Part shown: positions 35,831 through 37,638 of the stretch, piece after piece
Numbering within the stretch: position 1 is the stretch's first letter
How the letters are laid out: each line of letters starts with the position of its first letter
Assembly (NCBI GenBank): GCA_001179505.1
Contig: CDMY01000640.1
Span: 1 to 37,638 of the forward strand
DNA: 37,638 nucleotides
Reading direction: 5' to 3'
DNA from: Vitrella brassicaformis CCMP3155
Lineage: Eukaryota > Protista > Chromerida
Translations under genes and position numbers: made by a program
Notes under the pieces: generated by a model
Database searches by the model: none
What the model was told of the DNA's origin: nothing
What the model saw: the letters and a program-made list of their open reading frames with translations, nothing else

Positions 35831-37638
35831 TGAGGAGCTGAGCGACTCCGAGAGCGAGGAAGAAATGAACATCTCAACTGACGACTGAGGCGACGAGTGG
35901 TAGCATCCACGGCGAAGGGCATGTAGAGGGCCAGGGTAGCAGTCATGTGTGTCGTACAGTTAATAGTCTCTCATCAATCCACTGCCTCACATTCTCTTTT
36001 CATTCCAAGTACTCGACCTGCCTTATGCGAGGCTTGGGTGATGTGAGGCGAATGGATGCAGACCAATGCACGTGGTGTGCGGCCGATGAAGAAATGCATG
36101 TGCAAGTCCCCCGATTGACAAGAGACATGAATACATATCGTTGCCTACATTTTATATCGAAAGTAGGTGTTTTCAGTGTATGCAGACGAGAGTGATCCCC
36201 ACTTCTTCTTGTCACTATCACAGCCTAACGACCAGAGACAACGAGTAGAGAGATGGGGCGGATGGCAGGTTCAGTTAGACGTTGTGAGACGAATAGATGG
36301 ATTCTCAGTGTTGCATCAGCCCATTGCATGGCATTGCATCGCATCGCATCCAAGGTCCGTCCATCCATCCACATCAATCAAGGGTAGGTCTAAAGAGGCA
36401 GGCCCTGCACCCGCGGGGGATGGGATGCAGGCAGCGGGGGTGGGTGGGGTCAGCAAGCAAAGAAAAACGAGTCGCCCGAGAGGAATCAAGCAATCAATCA
36501 AGCAATGCAATGCGACCTCTCTCTGTCACCATATGTCTGTGTCTGTGTCAGTGTCTGTCACTGTCAGCAGATCGCCGCCTGCATATTTCCATTTTATATC
36601 GTCGCCCATTTGCTCGAGCGACGACGCGTACATGGCATTGCCACGTTCCCGACTAGCTGGCACGGTCAAATGGCGTCTATGTCTCGTGTCCCTTACCGCA
36701 AAAATAGTGAACCCCGCCCTCGACCGACCCATCCTTCCCCCCTCTCTCACACGCACCATCCGTGCCATTATATCACGATGGTCCCGTATTATCCATCACC
36801 AGACGCCAGTCGCACAAAAATCAACGACACCTACGAGTAGACACCCACTGCAGAGACGCACAGACCTATGGGAACGTCTAAGTAGGGATATGTCGTTCAT
36901 GCTGTCCACCGGTCAAGAGCGCGGGCAGCAAAACCACCCAGCAAGACGGCGACATGAACGCATGGTATGAGTGGCAACACACCTAGCATACTTTGCACTC
37001 CACGCCCCTACCGCATGAGACATTCATGGTATCGCTCCATCGCAACGAAAGGACCGACCGACCGACCGACAGCACCGTGTCCCTGGTGCAGGTCCACCCC
37101 GACCGCCACTCTCATTCGCTGTCCTCTCAGAATAACAAGATCCACCACACACAACGAAGCCTTTTGTCAGAAGGGCAAGGCTGCTGTTGGGGCGGGCAAG
37201 AAGCCATCTGATAATAACGGGAGTGGCGTCCCCGTGTTGTCAATTCCATCCACACCCATCTGTGGGTAAGGCCGTCGGGTGCGGCTGTGTTGCCTGTCTC
37301 ACGTCTCGGGCACGGCTCCTATCTCCGGCTGTGGATGCGTCTCGACTGCGGCCTAAAGGGTGGGGGGTCTGGAATGGGGGGGTGAGGGTGGCGCTGCTGG
37401 AGCACTCCGCTGGAATGGACAAGCTGGCTTTGCTCGAGAGTGTTGCTGACGTTTTACCCACGATGACCAAACTGGCGAAACGAATGGCCGTTTTCCGGGG
37501 GTTCAGTCTTGGATTTGGGCGAACAAGGGACCAGATATGAGATTCCCTGGCTGCACATGGCGGGTGACAGAAGCTCCGTTGAAGATGATGGGCTTCTGCT
37601 GGCTCTGCGATGGAGACACAGCCCTCTGAGCTTCCGGG

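Noticed and set aside
36960-37638. ORFs and a possible acceptor near the window end (..DLGEQGTRYEIPWLHMAG..)
   Set aside because: No recognisable family, and truncated by the window edge.

Overview
Intron-rich, GC-rich eukaryotic DNA from an alveolate, most likely a chromerid such as Vitrella. This is inferred from ApiAP2-type domains, short CA/TG-rich introns and centriole/flagellar genes. Genes I could splice by hand, in order: epsilon-tubulin (+), a four-domain ApiAP2 factor (-), a mitochondrial carrier (+), a PIH1/Kintoun-family co-chaperone (-), a ~13 kb spastizin/ZFYVE26 (SPG15) homologue with no visible FYVE motif (-), an organelle-type YchF/OLA1 ATPase with a probable 5-nt micro-exon (+), a NIPA-type Mg2+ transporter interrupted by an in-frame TAA (+), a small unknown gene made of two tandem exon+intron units (+), and a 3-exon hypothetical gene whose IAAYVLY motif is repeated and decaying downstream (+). 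Two nested inverted repeat pairs bracket the window: an exact 636-bp copy of the tubulin 5' end (1-636 / 32798-33433) and a diverged ~700-bp element (3243-3960 / 31520-32194). Two 300-N gaps lie beside them, so a mis-placed contig is the most likely explanation. I found no rRNA, tRNA, CRISPR array or recognisable transposase/RT.
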